Source: a virus (lineage: Duplodnaviria; Caudoviricetes). Taken from it: a stretch of 64,000 bases of DNA. The position numbers were made by a program, and so were the translations under genes. This document shows positions 8,125-18,167 of the stretch, piece by piece. The notes beneath the pieces were generated by a model. That model searched no databases and had not been told where the DNA came from. It was given only the letters and a program-made list of their open reading frames with translations. The stretch is from the IMG/VR virus record IMGVR_UViG_3300025872_000002, positions 1,689 to 65,688 of that record; one strand, written 5' to 3'. Numbering within the stretch: position 1 is the stretch's first letter; every line of letters starts with the position of its first letter.

Positions 8125-9646
8125 GAATCTAGACACTACGGCGCTTTCTTCGCTGTTAAAATCCCTGCCCACGCTGCCGAAAGCAGAGAAACAAGCGCTT
8201 CTAGATGAATTAGAAGCCTTGCAGCAAAAGAAAGCCATCAAAGCGGCGCGAGACGACTTCCTTCAGTTCTGCGCACGTCTGTATCCGGACTGGAAAGAGG
8301 GTCCGCACCACAGGTTTTTGAAGCCAATCCTGCACGAAGTCCGAGATGGGGCGCAAACACGCCTTACAGTCTCCATGCCCCCGCGTTTTGGTAAGTCTGA
8401 GACCATCGCGTACCTGTTTGTAGCGTGGTATCTCGGGCATAACCCCCACCATCACATCATGATGGTGACGCACACCGCAGCACTTTCTGCGGATTTTGGC
8501 CGGAAAGTCCGAAATCTCATCGACAGCCCCGCATATCAGGAGCTTTTCCCCGGAACGCAGGTCTCCAAGGACAAAAGTGCGTCGGATAACTGGACGACAA
8601 CCGCCGGGGGGAAGTATTTAGCGATTGGTATCGGGGCAAACGTCGCCGGTCACGGCGCACATCTGCTGATTGCAGATGACTTGGTGTCAGAACAAGCCGT
8701 TCTTGCCAATCCGGACACGGCGTTTGCCGTTGCTTGGGAGTATATGCAGGTCGGTCCGCTCCAGCGTCTGATGCCCGGTGGTCGGATCGTGATGATCGGT
8801 ACGCGCTGGGGTAAAAAAGACCCGATTGGGCGAGCGCTGCAGTGGGCGGTGGAAAATCCAGAGAGTATCCCTTGGAGAGAAGTGCGCTTTCCGGCGATCC
8901 TGCCGTCTGGCAGAAGCCTTTGGCCTGAACAGTGGCCGGTTGAGCAGTTGCAGGCGAAACGGGCGGGGATGCAGGCCCAGTTCTGGTCGGCGCAGTACAT
9001 GCAGGATCCGACTTCTGAGGAAGGGGCGATCCTAAAGCGCGAATGGTGGAAGATCTGGGAGAAAGAAGATCCGCCTATGGTGGAGTTCACGCTTCAAGTC
9101 TGGGATACGGCACACGACACCAAGAGTCATAACGACTACAGCGCCTGCGTGACGATGGGCGTGTTCTTCAACGAAGAGAAAAGCCGCCACGAATTGATTC
9201 TACTCAACGCCTTCAAGGCGCGGTTGGAGTTTCCGGACCTGAAAAAGAAGTGCTTGGAGCACTATAAAGAGTGGACCCCAGACTGTTTGCTGATTGAGAA
9301 GAAAGCTGCCGGTGCGCCGCTGATTCAGGAATTGCGGCGGATGGATATGTTTGTTGAGGACTACAGCCCCTCAAGGGGCAAAGCCGGTGTTTCTAATGAT
9401 AAGCGTGCACGGGTGAACTCTGTTGCCCCGCTTCTTTTCGATGGGGCGGTCTGGGCACCGGATCTGCGGTGGGCGCACGAACTGATTAACGAATGCGCCG
9501 AATTTCCCAACGGCGAGCACGACGATTATGTAGACTGTATAACTATGGCGCTGACGCGCTTTCGTCGCGGTGGGTTTATTACCCTGTCTGATGACAGCCG
9601 AGATGACCCCCCGGCTTTCCGTAGCCGTCGTGCGGCGTACTACTAA
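8117..9646 (+). CDS. terL: Terminase large subunit
   Basis: Walker A-like MPPRFGKS, Walker B LLIADD, GTRW, nuclease WDTA...DYSA, IEKKAAG, FPNGEHDDYVD. Confidence 0.95.
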   Translation: MLENLDTTALSSLLKSLPTLPKAEKQALLDELEALQQKKAIKAARDDFLQFCARLYPDWKEGPHHRFLKPILHEVRDGAQTRLTVSMPPRFGKSETIAYLFVAWYLGHNPHHHIMMVTHTAALSADFGRKVRNLIDSPAYQELFPGTQVSKDKSASDNWTTTAGGKYLAIGIGANVAGHGAHLLIADDLVSEQAVLANPDTAFAVAWEYMQVGPLQRLMPGGRIVMIGTRWGKKDPIGRALQWAVENPESIPWREVRFPAILPSGRSLWPEQWPVEQLQAKRAGMQAQFWSAQYMQDPTSEEGAILKREWWKIWEKEDPPMVEFTLQVWDTAHDTKSHNDYSACVTMGVFFNEEKSRHELILLNAFKARLEFPDLKKKCLEHYKEWTPDCLLIEKKAAGAPLIQELRRMDMFVEDYSPSRGKAGVSNDKRARVNSVAPLLFDGAVWAPDLRWAHELINECAEFPNGEHDDYVDCITMALTRFRRGGFITLSDDSRDDPPAFRSRRAAYY

Positions 9647-9647
9647 T

Positions 9648-9914
9648 ATGGTTACCCAAAAACACATGGGTCGGTTCCAGATTATTGACCGGCTGGCAGC
9701 ACAGGTTGGCGATCGCGCCAAAGCACTGAAGATTCTGGAAGGTTACGGCTATGTCAAACCGGGAACCGAGGAATTGACGGCAGAAGGACTGAAACGTAAC
9801 GCCATGACGGCGGAAGAGCGTGCCAAGGATCGAGCGGCTAAACGGACTGGCGGCAAGCCTACAGACTTCAAATATGATCCGCGCACTAACCGCGCGACCT
9901 TAAAAGGTAAGTGA
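9648..9914 (+). CDS. Hypothetical basic protein
   Basis: ATG 9648 right after the terL stop; overlaps the portal start. Confidence 0.65.
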   Translation: MVTQKHMGRFQIIDRLAAQVGDRAKALKILEGYGYVKPGTEELTAEGLKRNAMTAEERAKDRAAKRTGGKPTDFKYDPRTNRATLKGK

Positions 9915-9916
9915 TT

Positions 9917-12379
9917 ATGGCAACAAACATCGACAAAGCGCTCTACACCACCCCCTCTTTTATCGATCTGGAGGAACAGCAAGACGCGCCGCCTATCGAA
10001 ATTGAGATCGAAAATCCCGAATCGGTATCTATCGGGATGGATGGGCTGGAGATCATGCTCACTCCGGAGAAAGAGACGGCAGAAGACTTCAACGCCAACT
10101 TGGCGGAGTACCTGTCCGACGGTGACCTGCAACTGCTGGCATCCGAATTGCTTGGCGACTTTGACGATGACATCTCGTCGCGTAAAGACTGGATGCAGAC
10201 CTATGTCGACGGGCTTGAGCTTCTTGGGATGAAGATCGAGGAGCGGATGGAGCCTTGGCCGGGGGCGTGTGGGGTGTACCACCCGATGCTGTCTGAGGCG
10301 CTGGTGAAGTTTCAGTCCGAGACCATGATGAGTACGTTCCCGGCGAATGGGCCGGTGAAGACCAAGATTATTGGCAAAGAGACGCCAGCTAAGAAAGAAT
10401 CCGCAGAACGTGTCCAAGAGGACATGAACTACCAGCTTATGGAGAAGATGGTCGAGTACCGGCCTGAGCATGAGCGCATGCTGTGGGGTCTGGGGTTGGC
10501 GGGGAATGCGTTCAAGAAGGTCTACTACGACCCCCAAATGGAGCGGCAAGTATCGATCTTCATCCCGGCAGAAGACATTGTGGTGCCGTACGGGGCATCA
10601 AACATCGAGACTTCACCGCGTGTGACTCACGTCATGCGTAAGACCGAGAATGAGCTGCGCCGCTTGCAGGTAGCTGGGTTCTATCGAGACGTGGATCTGG
10701 GTGAGCCGGTCAATACGCTTGATGAAGTCGAGAAGAAGATTGCCGAGAAAATGGGCTTTCGGGCCACAGCAGACGACCGGTTCAAGCTCCTCGAGATGCA
10801 GGTGGATCTGGATCTACCCGGGCATGAGAACGAAGACGGCATCAAACTGCCGTACATCGTCACCCTTGAGAAGAGCACGCAGACCGTCTTGGCTGTGCGT
10901 CGGAACTGGGAAGAAAACGACCGGACCTACGCCAAACGTCAGCACATCGTGCATTACGGGTACATCCCCGGCTTTGGCTTCTACTGCTTCGGTTTGATCC
11001 ACCTGATCGGTGCATACGCCAAGAGCGGTACGTCTATCCTGCGGCAGCTTGTCGATGCCGGTACGTTGAGCAACCTTCCCGGCGGCTTCAAAAGCAAAGG
11101 CATGCGCGTCAAAGGCGACGATACGCCGATCTCCCCGGGGGAGTGGCGGGACGTTGATGTGCCTAGCGGGGCCATCCGAGACAACCTTCTTCCGCTTCCA
11201 TATAAAGAGCCGAGCCAAGTTCTGGCCGGGCTGATGGACAAAATCATTGAGGAAGGTCGCAGGTTTGCAAATACGGCGGACCTCCAGATCAGTGATATGT
11301 CCTCGCAGGCTCCCGTGGGAACCACGCTGGCTATTCTTGAGCGTACGCTCAAGACGATGTCCGCCGTTCAGGCCCGCATCCATTACTCGATGAAGCAGGA
11401 GCTTAAGCTTCTCAAGCACATCATCGCGGCCTATACCCCCGAGGACTACAGCTACGAGCCGGATGTGGGGAGCCGACGGGCGAAAAAGTCGGACTACGAT
11501 GACATCGATGTGATCCCGGTGTCTGATCCCAACGCCAGCACGATGGCGCAGAAGATTGTGCAGTATCAAGCAGTCTTTCAGCTTGCGCAGGCTTCACCGC
11601 AGCTCTACAACATGCCGCTGCTGCACAGACAGATGCTGGACGTACTGGGAATCAAGAATGCGGAAAAGCTGGTGCCAATGGATGAGGACCAGAAGCCGAC
11701 TGATCCGGTCACGGAGAACCAGAATGTCCTGATGATGAAGCCGGTCAAGGCGTTCATGTACCAAGACCATCAGGCGCACATCATGGTCCACATGTCGGCC
11801 ATGCAGGATCCGAAGATTCTCCAGTTGTTGCAGAACAATCCGATGGCTCCGCAGCTTCAGGCGGCGATGATGGCGCACATCAATGAGCATCTGGGCTTCG
11901 AGTATCGCAAACAGATTGAGCAGCAGTTGGGCCAAGCGCTGCCCCCGCAGAAAGATGAAGCGGGCGAGGATGTGAATATGGATCCGCGTGTCGAGGCCCA
12001 GTTGGCCCCGATGTTGGCGCAGGCTGCACAGCGACTGCTGCAACAGAACCAAGCCGAGGTTCAACAACAGCAGGCTCAGCAACAAGCGCAGGATCCGCTG
12101 GTACAGATGCAAATGCAGGAACTGCAGATCAAAGCACAGGATCAGCAGCGCAAGGCTGCTAAAGATCAAGTGGACGCCCAGCTTAAAGCTGCACAGATGC
12201 AGATTGAGCGGGAGCGGATCATGGCGCAAATGCAGTTGGACGACAAGAAACTGCAGATTGACGCTGCCAAAGCTGCTACGTCCGCTACAAACGACCGGCA
12301 ACAGCTAATGTCGAAACTCAGTGTCGACGTGCTCAAGCATCTGGATAAACAACGGCAACCCAGCAAAAAAGAGGCGTAA
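9917..12379 (+). CDS. Portal protein
   Basis: About 820 aa after terL; GNAFKKVYYD, APVGTTLAILE, Gln-rich C-terminal barrel-like coiled coil as in P22-type portals. Confidence 0.85.
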   Translation: MATNIDKALYTTPSFIDLEEQQDAPPIEIEIENPESVSIGMDGLEIMLTPEKETAEDFNANLAEYLSDGDLQLLASELLGDFDDDISSRKDWMQTYVDGLELLGMKIEERMEPWPGACGVYHPMLSEALVKFQSETMMSTFPANGPVKTKIIGKETPAKKESAERVQEDMNYQLMEKMVEYRPEHERMLWGLGLAGNAFKKVYYDPQMERQVSIFIPAEDIVVPYGASNIETSPRVTHVMRKTENELRRLQVAGFYRDVDLGEPVNTLDEVEKKIAEKMGFRATADDRFKLLEMQVDLDLPGHENEDGIKLPYIVTLEKSTQTVLAVRRNWEENDRTYAKRQHIVHYGYIPGFGFYCFGLIHLIGAYAKSGTSILRQLVDAGTLSNLPGGFKSKGMRVKGDDTPISPGEWRDVDVPSGAIRDNLLPLPYKEPSQVLAGLMDKIIEEGRRFANTADLQISDMSSQAPVGTTLAILERTLKTMSAVQARIHYSMKQELKLLKHIIAAYTPEDYSYEPDVGSRRAKKSDYDDIDVIPVSDPNASTMAQKIVQYQAVFQLAQASPQLYNMPLLHRQMLDVLGIKNAEKLVPMDEDQKPTDPVTENQNVLMMKPVKAFMYQDHQAHIMVHMSAMQDPKILQLLQNNPMAPQLQAAMMAHINEHLGFEYRKQIEQQLGQALPPQKDEAGEDVNMDPRVEAQLAPMLAQAAQRLLQQNQAEVQQQQAQQQAQDPLVQMQMQELQIKAQDQQRKAAKDQVDAQLKAAQMQIERERIMAQMQLDDKKLQIDAAKAATSATNDRQQLMSKLSVDVLKHLDKQRQPSKKEA

Positions 12380-12388
12380 AGGACACGT

Positions 12389-12577
12389 ATGGACGTTTTT
12401 GAGATATTGCTCGAACAGACCGACGAAAAGGTCGCACAGCTTAAAGAACACCTGTCAGAGGGTAAAGCTTCAAGCTTCGAGGAATACAAACGGTTGTGTG
12501 GGGAGATTCGAGGTCTGCTCCTTGCGCGTGGTTACATCACAGACCTTCAACAAAAAGTGGAGTATTCGGATGAGTGA
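12389..12577 (+). CDS. Small conserved head-module protein
   Basis: 62 aa, FEEYKRLCGEIRGL, between portal and GroES. Confidence 0.7.
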   Translation: MDVFEILLEQTDEKVAQLKEHLSEGKASSFEEYKRLCGEIRGLLLARGYITDLQQKVEYSDE

Positions 12578-12962
12578 AATTTTGCTGGCTACAAACCCCA
12601 GCAGTCAGAAAGAAGCTGCGGAAGAGAAGGCTCGGCAACTCCCAACCCCGTCGGGTTATCGCATTCTGTGCGCTATCCCCGAAGTGGAGAAAGAGTATGA
12701 GAGCGGTCTGATTAAGGCCGACGATACGGTACGAATGGAAGAAACGCTGACGACGGTGCTGTTTGTCGTCGAGATGGGGCCGGATTGCTACAAAGATCCA
12801 GCTCGATTTCCGTCCGGACCGTGGTGCAAGAAAGGAGACTTTGTACTGGTTCGCCCGTATGCAGGCTCCCGGTTGGTCATTCACGGACGAGAGTTCCGGC
12901 TCATCAACGATGACTCGGTTGAAGGCGTGGTGCTCGATCCACGCGGTATTAAACGCAAGTAG
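12570..12962 (+). CDS. groES: GroES/Cpn10-like co-chaperonin
   Basis: PSGYRIL, mobile-loop ESGLI, VVEMGP, KKGDFVL..YAG, EFRLINDDSVEGVV. Confidence 0.85.
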   Translation: MSEILLATNPSSQKEAAEEKARQLPTPSGYRILCAIPEVEKEYESGLIKADDTVRMEETLTTVLFVVEMGPDCYKDPARFPSGPWCKKGDFVLVRPYAGSRLVIHGREFRLINDDSVEGVVLDPRGIKRK

Positions 12963-12973
12963 AGGAAGACAAG

Positions 12974-13918
12974 ATGCCTCAGTTTGAACAAGAAGACTTT
13001 AAGTTCCCGGACGAAGTCGAAGACAAGAAAGACGCCAAAGCGGCAGATTCTTTGGTCATTGAAGTTGAAGATGACACGCCCGAGGAAGATCGTGGTCGTA
13101 CGCCGCTTCCCAAACCCCTAGTCGAAGAGCTTGAGAAAGACGAGCTTGAAGACTACGACGAGAAAATCAAAACCAAACTCAAGCAGATGCGGAAGGTTTG
13201 GCATGATGAACGTCGGGAAAAGGAAGCCGCGTTACGAGAGCAACAGGAAGCCGTAACGCTGGCACAGCGGCTCTTTGAAGAGAACAAGAAGATCCGAAGT
13301 CTTCTTGCGACCGGTGAAAAAGAGTATGTAGCGACCGCCCAGAAAGCTGCCGAGATGGAGCTGGAAGCGGCGAAAAAGGCTTTGCGGCAGGCGCACGAAG
13401 AGTTTGACGCCGATAAGATTGTTGAGGCACAGCAGGCGCTGCAGCTTGCCAACCTCAGTATGATGCAGGCGAAAAACTTTAAGCTCGCCCCTTTACAGGA
13501 AGAAGAAACTCCTGTACAAACGCAACAAACGGCACAGCCGTCTGCTCCTCGTCCTGATGACCGGTTGGTAGCGTGGCAAAAGCGCAATACTTGGTTTGGG
13601 ACGAATAGAGGGATGACCGCCTATGCTCTCGGACTCCACCAAGAGTTAGAGGATTCAGGCGTCGCGGTTGGGTCTGATGAATACTATTCCGAGTTGGACA
13701 AAACACTTCGGAAGCGCTTCCCAGAAGTTTTTGAGGAAGACGATCAACGCCCCGCTCAAAAATCGAGGGCAACGACTGTGGTAGCTCCGGCAACAAGGAG
13801 TACGGCTTCTAATAAGGTTAAGCTCAAGACAAGCCAGATTAACCTTGCCAAGAAGTTTGGTCTTACGCCGGAACAATATGCACGGGAAGTTATGAAACTG
13901 GAGTCCCAAAATGGCTGA
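12974..13918 (+). CDS. Putative capsid scaffolding protein
   Basis: Acidic coiled coil; C-terminal LAKKFGLTPEQYA; position before capsid genes. Confidence 0.7.
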   Translation: MPQFEQEDFKFPDEVEDKKDAKAADSLVIEVEDDTPEEDRGRTPLPKPLVEELEKDELEDYDEKIKTKLKQMRKVWHDERREKEAALREQQEAVTLAQRLFEENKKIRSLLATGEKEYVATAQKAAEMELEAAKKALRQAHEEFDADKIVEAQQALQLANLSMMQAKNFKLAPLQEEETPVQTQQTAQPSAPRPDDRLVAWQKRNTWFGTNRGMTAYALGLHQELEDSGVAVGSDEYYSELDKTLRKRFPEVFEEDDQRPAQKSRATTVVAPATRSTASNKVKLKTSQINLAKKFGLTPEQYAREVMKLESQNG

Positions 13919-14360
13919 AAATCGTACCCCCCGTGACATCGAAACGCGGGAATCTAAAGCTCGCGTTAAACAGTGGCAACAGCCCGAGATGCTCCCCGAG
14001 CCAGACAAAATGCCGGGATTTGTGTATCGCTGGATTCGTGTTTCTACTTTGAGTGTGGCTGACCCTCGTAACATTTCCGGTAAGTTCCGGGAAGGTTGGG
14101 AAGCGGTGCCGCTCGAAGAGCAGCCCAAATTCAAGCTGTTGGCCGACCCAAATGGTCGCTTTAAGGACCATATCGAAATTGGCGGTTTGCTGCTTTGCAA
14201 GACTCCGGCTGAGCTGGTCGCACAGCGTAATGCGTACTATCAGCAGCAGGCGGATCGGCAAGCAGAAGCGGTAGATAACACGCTTATGCGCCAGAGTGAC
14301 CCGAGGATGCCGCTCTTCAAGGAGCGCAAGTCCACGACCAGCTTTGGCAAAGGCGCTTAA
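13911..14360 (+). CDS. Conserved head-module protein
   Basis: GFVYRWIR, REGWE, IGGLLLCK. Confidence 0.75.
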   Translation: MAENRTPRDIETRESKARVKQWQQPEMLPEPDKMPGFVYRWIRVSTLSVADPRNISGKFREGWEAVPLEEQPKFKLLADPNGRFKDHIEIGGLLLCKTPAELVAQRNAYYQQQADRQAEAVDNTLMRQSDPRMPLFKERKSTTSFGKGA

Positions 14361-14379
14361 TTCAATTTAGGAGTCTGAA

Positions 14380-15144
14380 ATGACCTATCCCACGGTTTCA
14401 AAACCGTACGGTTTTCGGCCCATCAATCTAATTGGTGGTCAGCCGTACGCTGGTAGCACCCGCATGTTCAAGATCGCCAGCGGGTATAACACCAGTATTT
14501 TCTACGGCGATCCCGTCAAGATCCTCCGCGACAGCAGCAGCTTGTTGCCTATTGATGGCACTGTGGTTGTGCAGGATCGGTCTTGGTCTGGTTCCAGTAG
14601 CATGATGATGGGAACGACTAACAATCTGCCCTACACCATCGGCGTTTTCATGGGTTGTTCGTACACCAACCCTGTGACGAAGCAAAAGACGTTCTCGCAG
14701 TACTACCCCGCTGGTACGGCTGCGAATGACATCCAAGCTTATGTGGTGGACGACCCCGATGCGTTGTTCAAGGTTGTATTTGTGAACAATGTGCCGACGT
14801 ACTACGACGATCCGTTCACCGCTAATGGTACGACTCCGGCGTATGCTAATCCGTACTATGTTGGACGCAATCTTCTGGTTGCTGTCAACCCCGGCGACAC
14901 TAACACGGGTAATAGCGCGTACGGCGTGACAGATGTATACAACCCGCTGTATATCGTCCAGCAAAATGTTATGCCGGTTCGCGTTGTCGATGTGGTTCCT
15001 GAGACTGCAACTGCGGCGGGCTTTGTGGAGCTGATCGTCAAGTGGAATATGCCGGGCTATCTGTATAACGGCGAATCCGGTCAGGATTGGGGCGGCGGTC
15101 ACGAGTATTACTGGCCCGGTTCGACCGGCAGTATCATCCTCTAA
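14380..15144 (+). CDS. Putative capsid decoration/minor head protein
   Basis: PYGFRPI, IFYGDPV, GVFMGCSY, AYVVDDPD; immediately before the major capsid gene. Confidence 0.65.
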   Translation: MTYPTVSKPYGFRPINLIGGQPYAGSTRMFKIASGYNTSIFYGDPVKILRDSSSLLPIDGTVVVQDRSWSGSSSMMMGTTNNLPYTIGVFMGCSYTNPVTKQKTFSQYYPAGTAANDIQAYVVDDPDALFKVVFVNNVPTYYDDPFTANGTTPAYANPYYVGRNLLVAVNPGDTNTGNSAYGVTDVYNPLYIVQQNVMPVRVVDVVPETATAAGFVELIVKWNMPGYLYNGESGQDWGGGHEYYWPGSTGSIIL

Positions 15145-15157
15145 GGAGTTCTAGAAA

Positions 15158-16081
15158 ATGGCTATTTCACGCGCACAACTACTGAAAGAACTCCTGCCGG
15201 GTCTTAATGCCCTGTTTGGTCTGGAGTATTCCCGCTACGGCGAAGAGCACAAAGAGATCTACGAAACCGAGACCTCGGAACGTAGCTTTGAAGAGGAGAC
15301 CAAGCTGTCGGGCTTCTCCGCTGCTCCGGTCAAGAGCGAGGGCGCTGCCATCGCTTACGACAACGCACAAGAGGCGTGGACTGCTCGCTATAACCACGAG
15401 ACGATTGCTCTCGGCTTCTCGCTGACGGAAGAGGCGATTGAGGACAACCTCTACGACTCGCTGTCGGCGCGTTACACGAAAGCTCTGGCTCGCGGTATGG
15501 CGTACACCAAGCAGGTCAAAGCGGCGGCAGTTCTGAACAACGGCTTTAACCCCTCGTATGTGGGCGGTGACGGCGTCAGCTTGTTCTCGACTGACCATCC
15601 GCTGGTGTCCGGTGGTGTCAACAGCAACACTCCTTCGACTGCTGCGGACCTGAATGAGACCTCGCTTGAGGCTGCTGTCATTCAGATCGCTGGATGGGCG
15701 GATGAGCGTGGCCTGCTGATCGCTGCCAAGCCGAAGAAGCTTGTTGTTCCCCCGGCGCTGATGTTCGTTGCAACCCGACTGCTCGAGACGGAACTCCGTG
15801 TCGGTACGACGGATAACGACATCAACGCGCTGAAAAACAACGGCTCGATCCCCGAGGGTTACACGGTCAATCACTTCTTGACCGACACTAACGCTTGGTT
15901 CCTGACGACCGATGTGCCCAACGGCCTGAAGCACTTTGTTCGTACCCCGATGGCTACGTCGATGGACGGAGACTTCGATACGGGCAACGTCCGCTACAAG
16001 GCCCGCGAGCGTTATTCGTTCGGCTGGTCGGATCCGCTCGGCATGTACGGCTCGCCCGGCGCTGCGCCCACCCCGGCCTAA
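15158..16081 (+). CDS. Major capsid protein
   Basis: MAISRAQLLKELLPGLNALFG, GGDGVSLFS..HP, DFDTGNVRYKARERYSFGWSD; strong codon bias; followed by a terminator. Confidence 0.9.
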   Translation: MAISRAQLLKELLPGLNALFGLEYSRYGEEHKEIYETETSERSFEEETKLSGFSAAPVKSEGAAIAYDNAQEAWTARYNHETIALGFSLTEEAIEDNLYDSLSARYTKALARGMAYTKQVKAAAVLNNGFNPSYVGGDGVSLFSTDHPLVSGGVNSNTPSTAADLNETSLEAAVIQIAGWADERGLLIAAKPKKLVVPPALMFVATRLLETELRVGTTDNDINALKNNGSIPEGYTVNHFLTDTNAWFLTTDVPNGLKHFVRTPMATSMDGDFDTGNVRYKARERYSFGWSDPLGMYGSPGAAPTPA

Positions 16082-16095
16082 TTGGGGTGTGAGGG

Positions 16096-16123
16096 AGGGG
16101 GGCTTCGGCCCCCCTTTCTTTTT
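16096..16123 (+). terminator. Intrinsic terminator after the capsid gene
   Basis: GGGGGGC-TTCG-GCCCCCC-TTTCTTTTT. Confidence 0.85.
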
Positions 16124-16149
16124 ATCTGTTCTCGTGGTACAAATCTGCC

Positions 16150-16226
16150 ATCCGGGATATCCAAATCCAGCGTATCAGACGACCCGGCGACGACATGCAG
16201 ACTGATACGCGACTCGCATGTGAGGT
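16150..16226 (+). ncRNA. Candidate pseudoknotted cis-regulatory leader RNA
   Basis: Three interleaved complementary pairs: 16152-56/16183-87, 16170-78/16202-10, 16193-98/16216-21. Confidence 0.5.
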
Positions 16227-16232
16227 TTCAAA

Positions 16233-16892
16233 ATGGGTACTTCAACGGTATCCGGTCCGTTCCGGTCACAAAACGGCTTTCAAGAACTTGTTAATGGCGT
16301 CTGGACCCCCGTCGGCGGTGGCGGCGGTAATCCTAACGACATCGTAGTCACTACTACATTGAATTCAAACGCTGATTGGCTTACTCCAACATCTAGTGTT
16401 TTTGCTGTAGATCTCGGCGTTCCTATGCAAACTATTAAGGATAGTGTCGAGTCTGGCGGTAAATGGGCTTGTTTCTCCGGGTTTGATATGGTTGCTAATG
16501 TTAGATCTGCCCTAAGCACAAGCGGGTCTTACACTTATTGGCTAACGCAAACGACTACGAATGTTCAAATAGCTAACGCTGTTTGTCCGTACAGTGTGTG
16601 TTATAACCAGTTAGTATTTTTTAGTTCTGACTGTGGGAGTGTAACGGCGTACCCAACATCCGGGACTTCTAATTCATACTGTTTTGGAAATTTTTACGCC
16701 GCGCCCGGTATGCCAACTCCTGTTTCTTGCGGTTATATTGCTACCGGTTATTATGGTTGCGTGTCTGGGCTGGATTTGGCGTGTCCCGCTAAAATCTTTC
16801 TTGAAATGTCGGGTATCGGGACATGTGGAAACCCATACCCAGTAGTCCAAGTCGTCACCACGTTGCATTTTAATAACTGGACTGGGCAGTAA
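16233..16892 (+). CDS. Putative capsid-associated fibre/decoration protein A (Cys-, Ser-, Thr-rich C-terminus)
   Basis: First gene after the capsid gene; N-terminal about 33 aa identical to 19432..20058. Confidence 0.7.
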   Translation: MGTSTVSGPFRSQNGFQELVNGVWTPVGGGGGNPNDIVVTTTLNSNADWLTPTSSVFAVDLGVPMQTIKDSVESGGKWACFSGFDMVANVRSALSTSGSYTYWLTQTTTNVQIANAVCPYSVCYNQLVFFSSDCGSVTAYPTSGTSNSYCFGNFYAAPGMPTPVSCGYIATGYYGCVSGLDLACPAKIFLEMSGIGTCGNPYPVVQVVTTLHFNNWTGQ

Positions 16893-16908
16893 ATAAGGAG
16901 AACCCCCC

Positions 16909-17790
16909 ATGCATGACCTGTACATGATCGAAGGTGGACTTGGTAAAAATGCCGCGTTCACCGCTTTAACGCCGGAGCTGGTAAAGAAGTCAGGCGATAA
17001 GGTGCTTATCTCCGCACCTTTTCATGAAGTCTTTATTGGCAACTCAGACGTTAAAGGCACTACGTCTATTCAGGTTGCGTTTGGGGGCGATTCTAGGTTG
17101 AAGGACGTACGGAATATCTATAACGCAGAACCGTATAAATCAAACTTCCTGCACGGCAAGATTAGTTTGATAGAAGGGTTTTGTAATGTGTTAGATATTC
17201 CGTACCGTCCGGATATGCTGCCTAAGCTGTATACGCACAGCGTCGCTAACAAGGCAGAAGCGTTTTTGAAGTCTAAGGACATTACTGGCCCGTACGTATT
17301 GACGCAGTTTACTGGCGGACAAGCCGCCGTTAACGGACAAATCCAACAGCAATACCAGAGCGTCAATCCCGGTCGCAACTACCCGTTGATTTTCGCAAAA
17401 CGGGTGGTGGAAAAGCTTATTCGTAGCGGTGTGACGGTGCTGGACTGCACTCTGCCAAATGAGCCAACATACGAAGGCGCGGTTAAGTGTTCTGAGCATT
17501 GGTCGGTTATTCACGAACTGATGAAAGGCGCACAAGGCTTTATCGGCATCGATTCGTACTTGAACCATTTTTCCGGCTCCGCAGGTATTGAGGGCGTCGT
17601 GATCTGGGGTAACACGAGTGCCCGGCAGTTTGGCTATCAGCACAACTACAACCTGCAATATCACATGCCATATGGTTGGGAGCAGGCTAAGTTTGACGCG
17701 GAAGATCCGCGAAATATCATGGTCGATCCTGACTTGGTGGCGGATGTGTACTTCAAGAAAATCGTCCTACGTGATAAGAAGGCCGCGTAA
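16909..17790 (+). CDS. Glycosyltransferase, GT9 (heptosyltransferase)-like
   Basis: N-terminal GGLGK, C-terminal FIGIDSYLNH...GVVIWG.T...FGY. Confidence 0.75.
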   Translation: MHDLYMIEGGLGKNAAFTALTPELVKKSGDKVLISAPFHEVFIGNSDVKGTTSIQVAFGGDSRLKDVRNIYNAEPYKSNFLHGKISLIEGFCNVLDIPYRPDMLPKLYTHSVANKAEAFLKSKDITGPYVLTQFTGGQAAVNGQIQQQYQSVNPGRNYPLIFAKRVVEKLIRSGVTVLDCTLPNEPTYEGAVKCSEHWSVIHELMKGAQGFIGIDSYLNHFSGSAGIEGVVIWGNTSARQFGYQHNYNLQYHMPYGWEQAKFDAEDPRNIMVDPDLVADVYFKKIVLRDKKAA

Positions 17791-18167
17791 TGTTTGTTCA
17801 TACCCCTGTATCCGTCGGCGAACTTGGCGACAAGATTACGATTCTCCGCATCAAAGCAGAACGGATTAGTGACGCGGCTAAATTGCGTAACGTCCGGTAC
17901 GAGCTTGATGTACTAGAGTCTATTTGGAACGAGCGGCGATTGGCCGGAAAAGTTGATCTGTTGCCGCTTCAAGAGGTCAATGACACTCTCTGGGATATCG
18001 AAGATAAGATCCGTGTGAAGGAATCTCGCCAAGAGTTTGACGAGGAATTCATTTGGCTGGCCCGCGCGGTCTACAAGACCAACGATAAGCGGGCGGAGCT
18101 AAAGAAGCAGATCAACGTGCAAGTAGGGTCTACGCTTGTGGAAGAAAAGAGCTATGTCAATTCCTAA
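17790..18167 (+). CDS. DUF6165-like protein
   Basis: PVSVGELGDKITILRIK, VNDTLWDIEDKIR, LARAVYKTNDKRAELKKQIN, LVEEKSY. Confidence 0.8.
   Translation: MFVHTPVSVGELGDKITILRIKAERISDAAKLRNVRYELDVLESIWNERRLAGKVDLLPLQEVNDTLWDIEDKIRVKESRQEFDEEFIWLARAVYKTNDKRAELKKQINVQVGSTLVEEKSYVNS

Noticed and set aside
16150-16226. HDV-like/theta ribozyme
   Set aside because: Only about 4 nt separate the second helix from the 3' strand of the first, leaving no room for the P3/L3 element.
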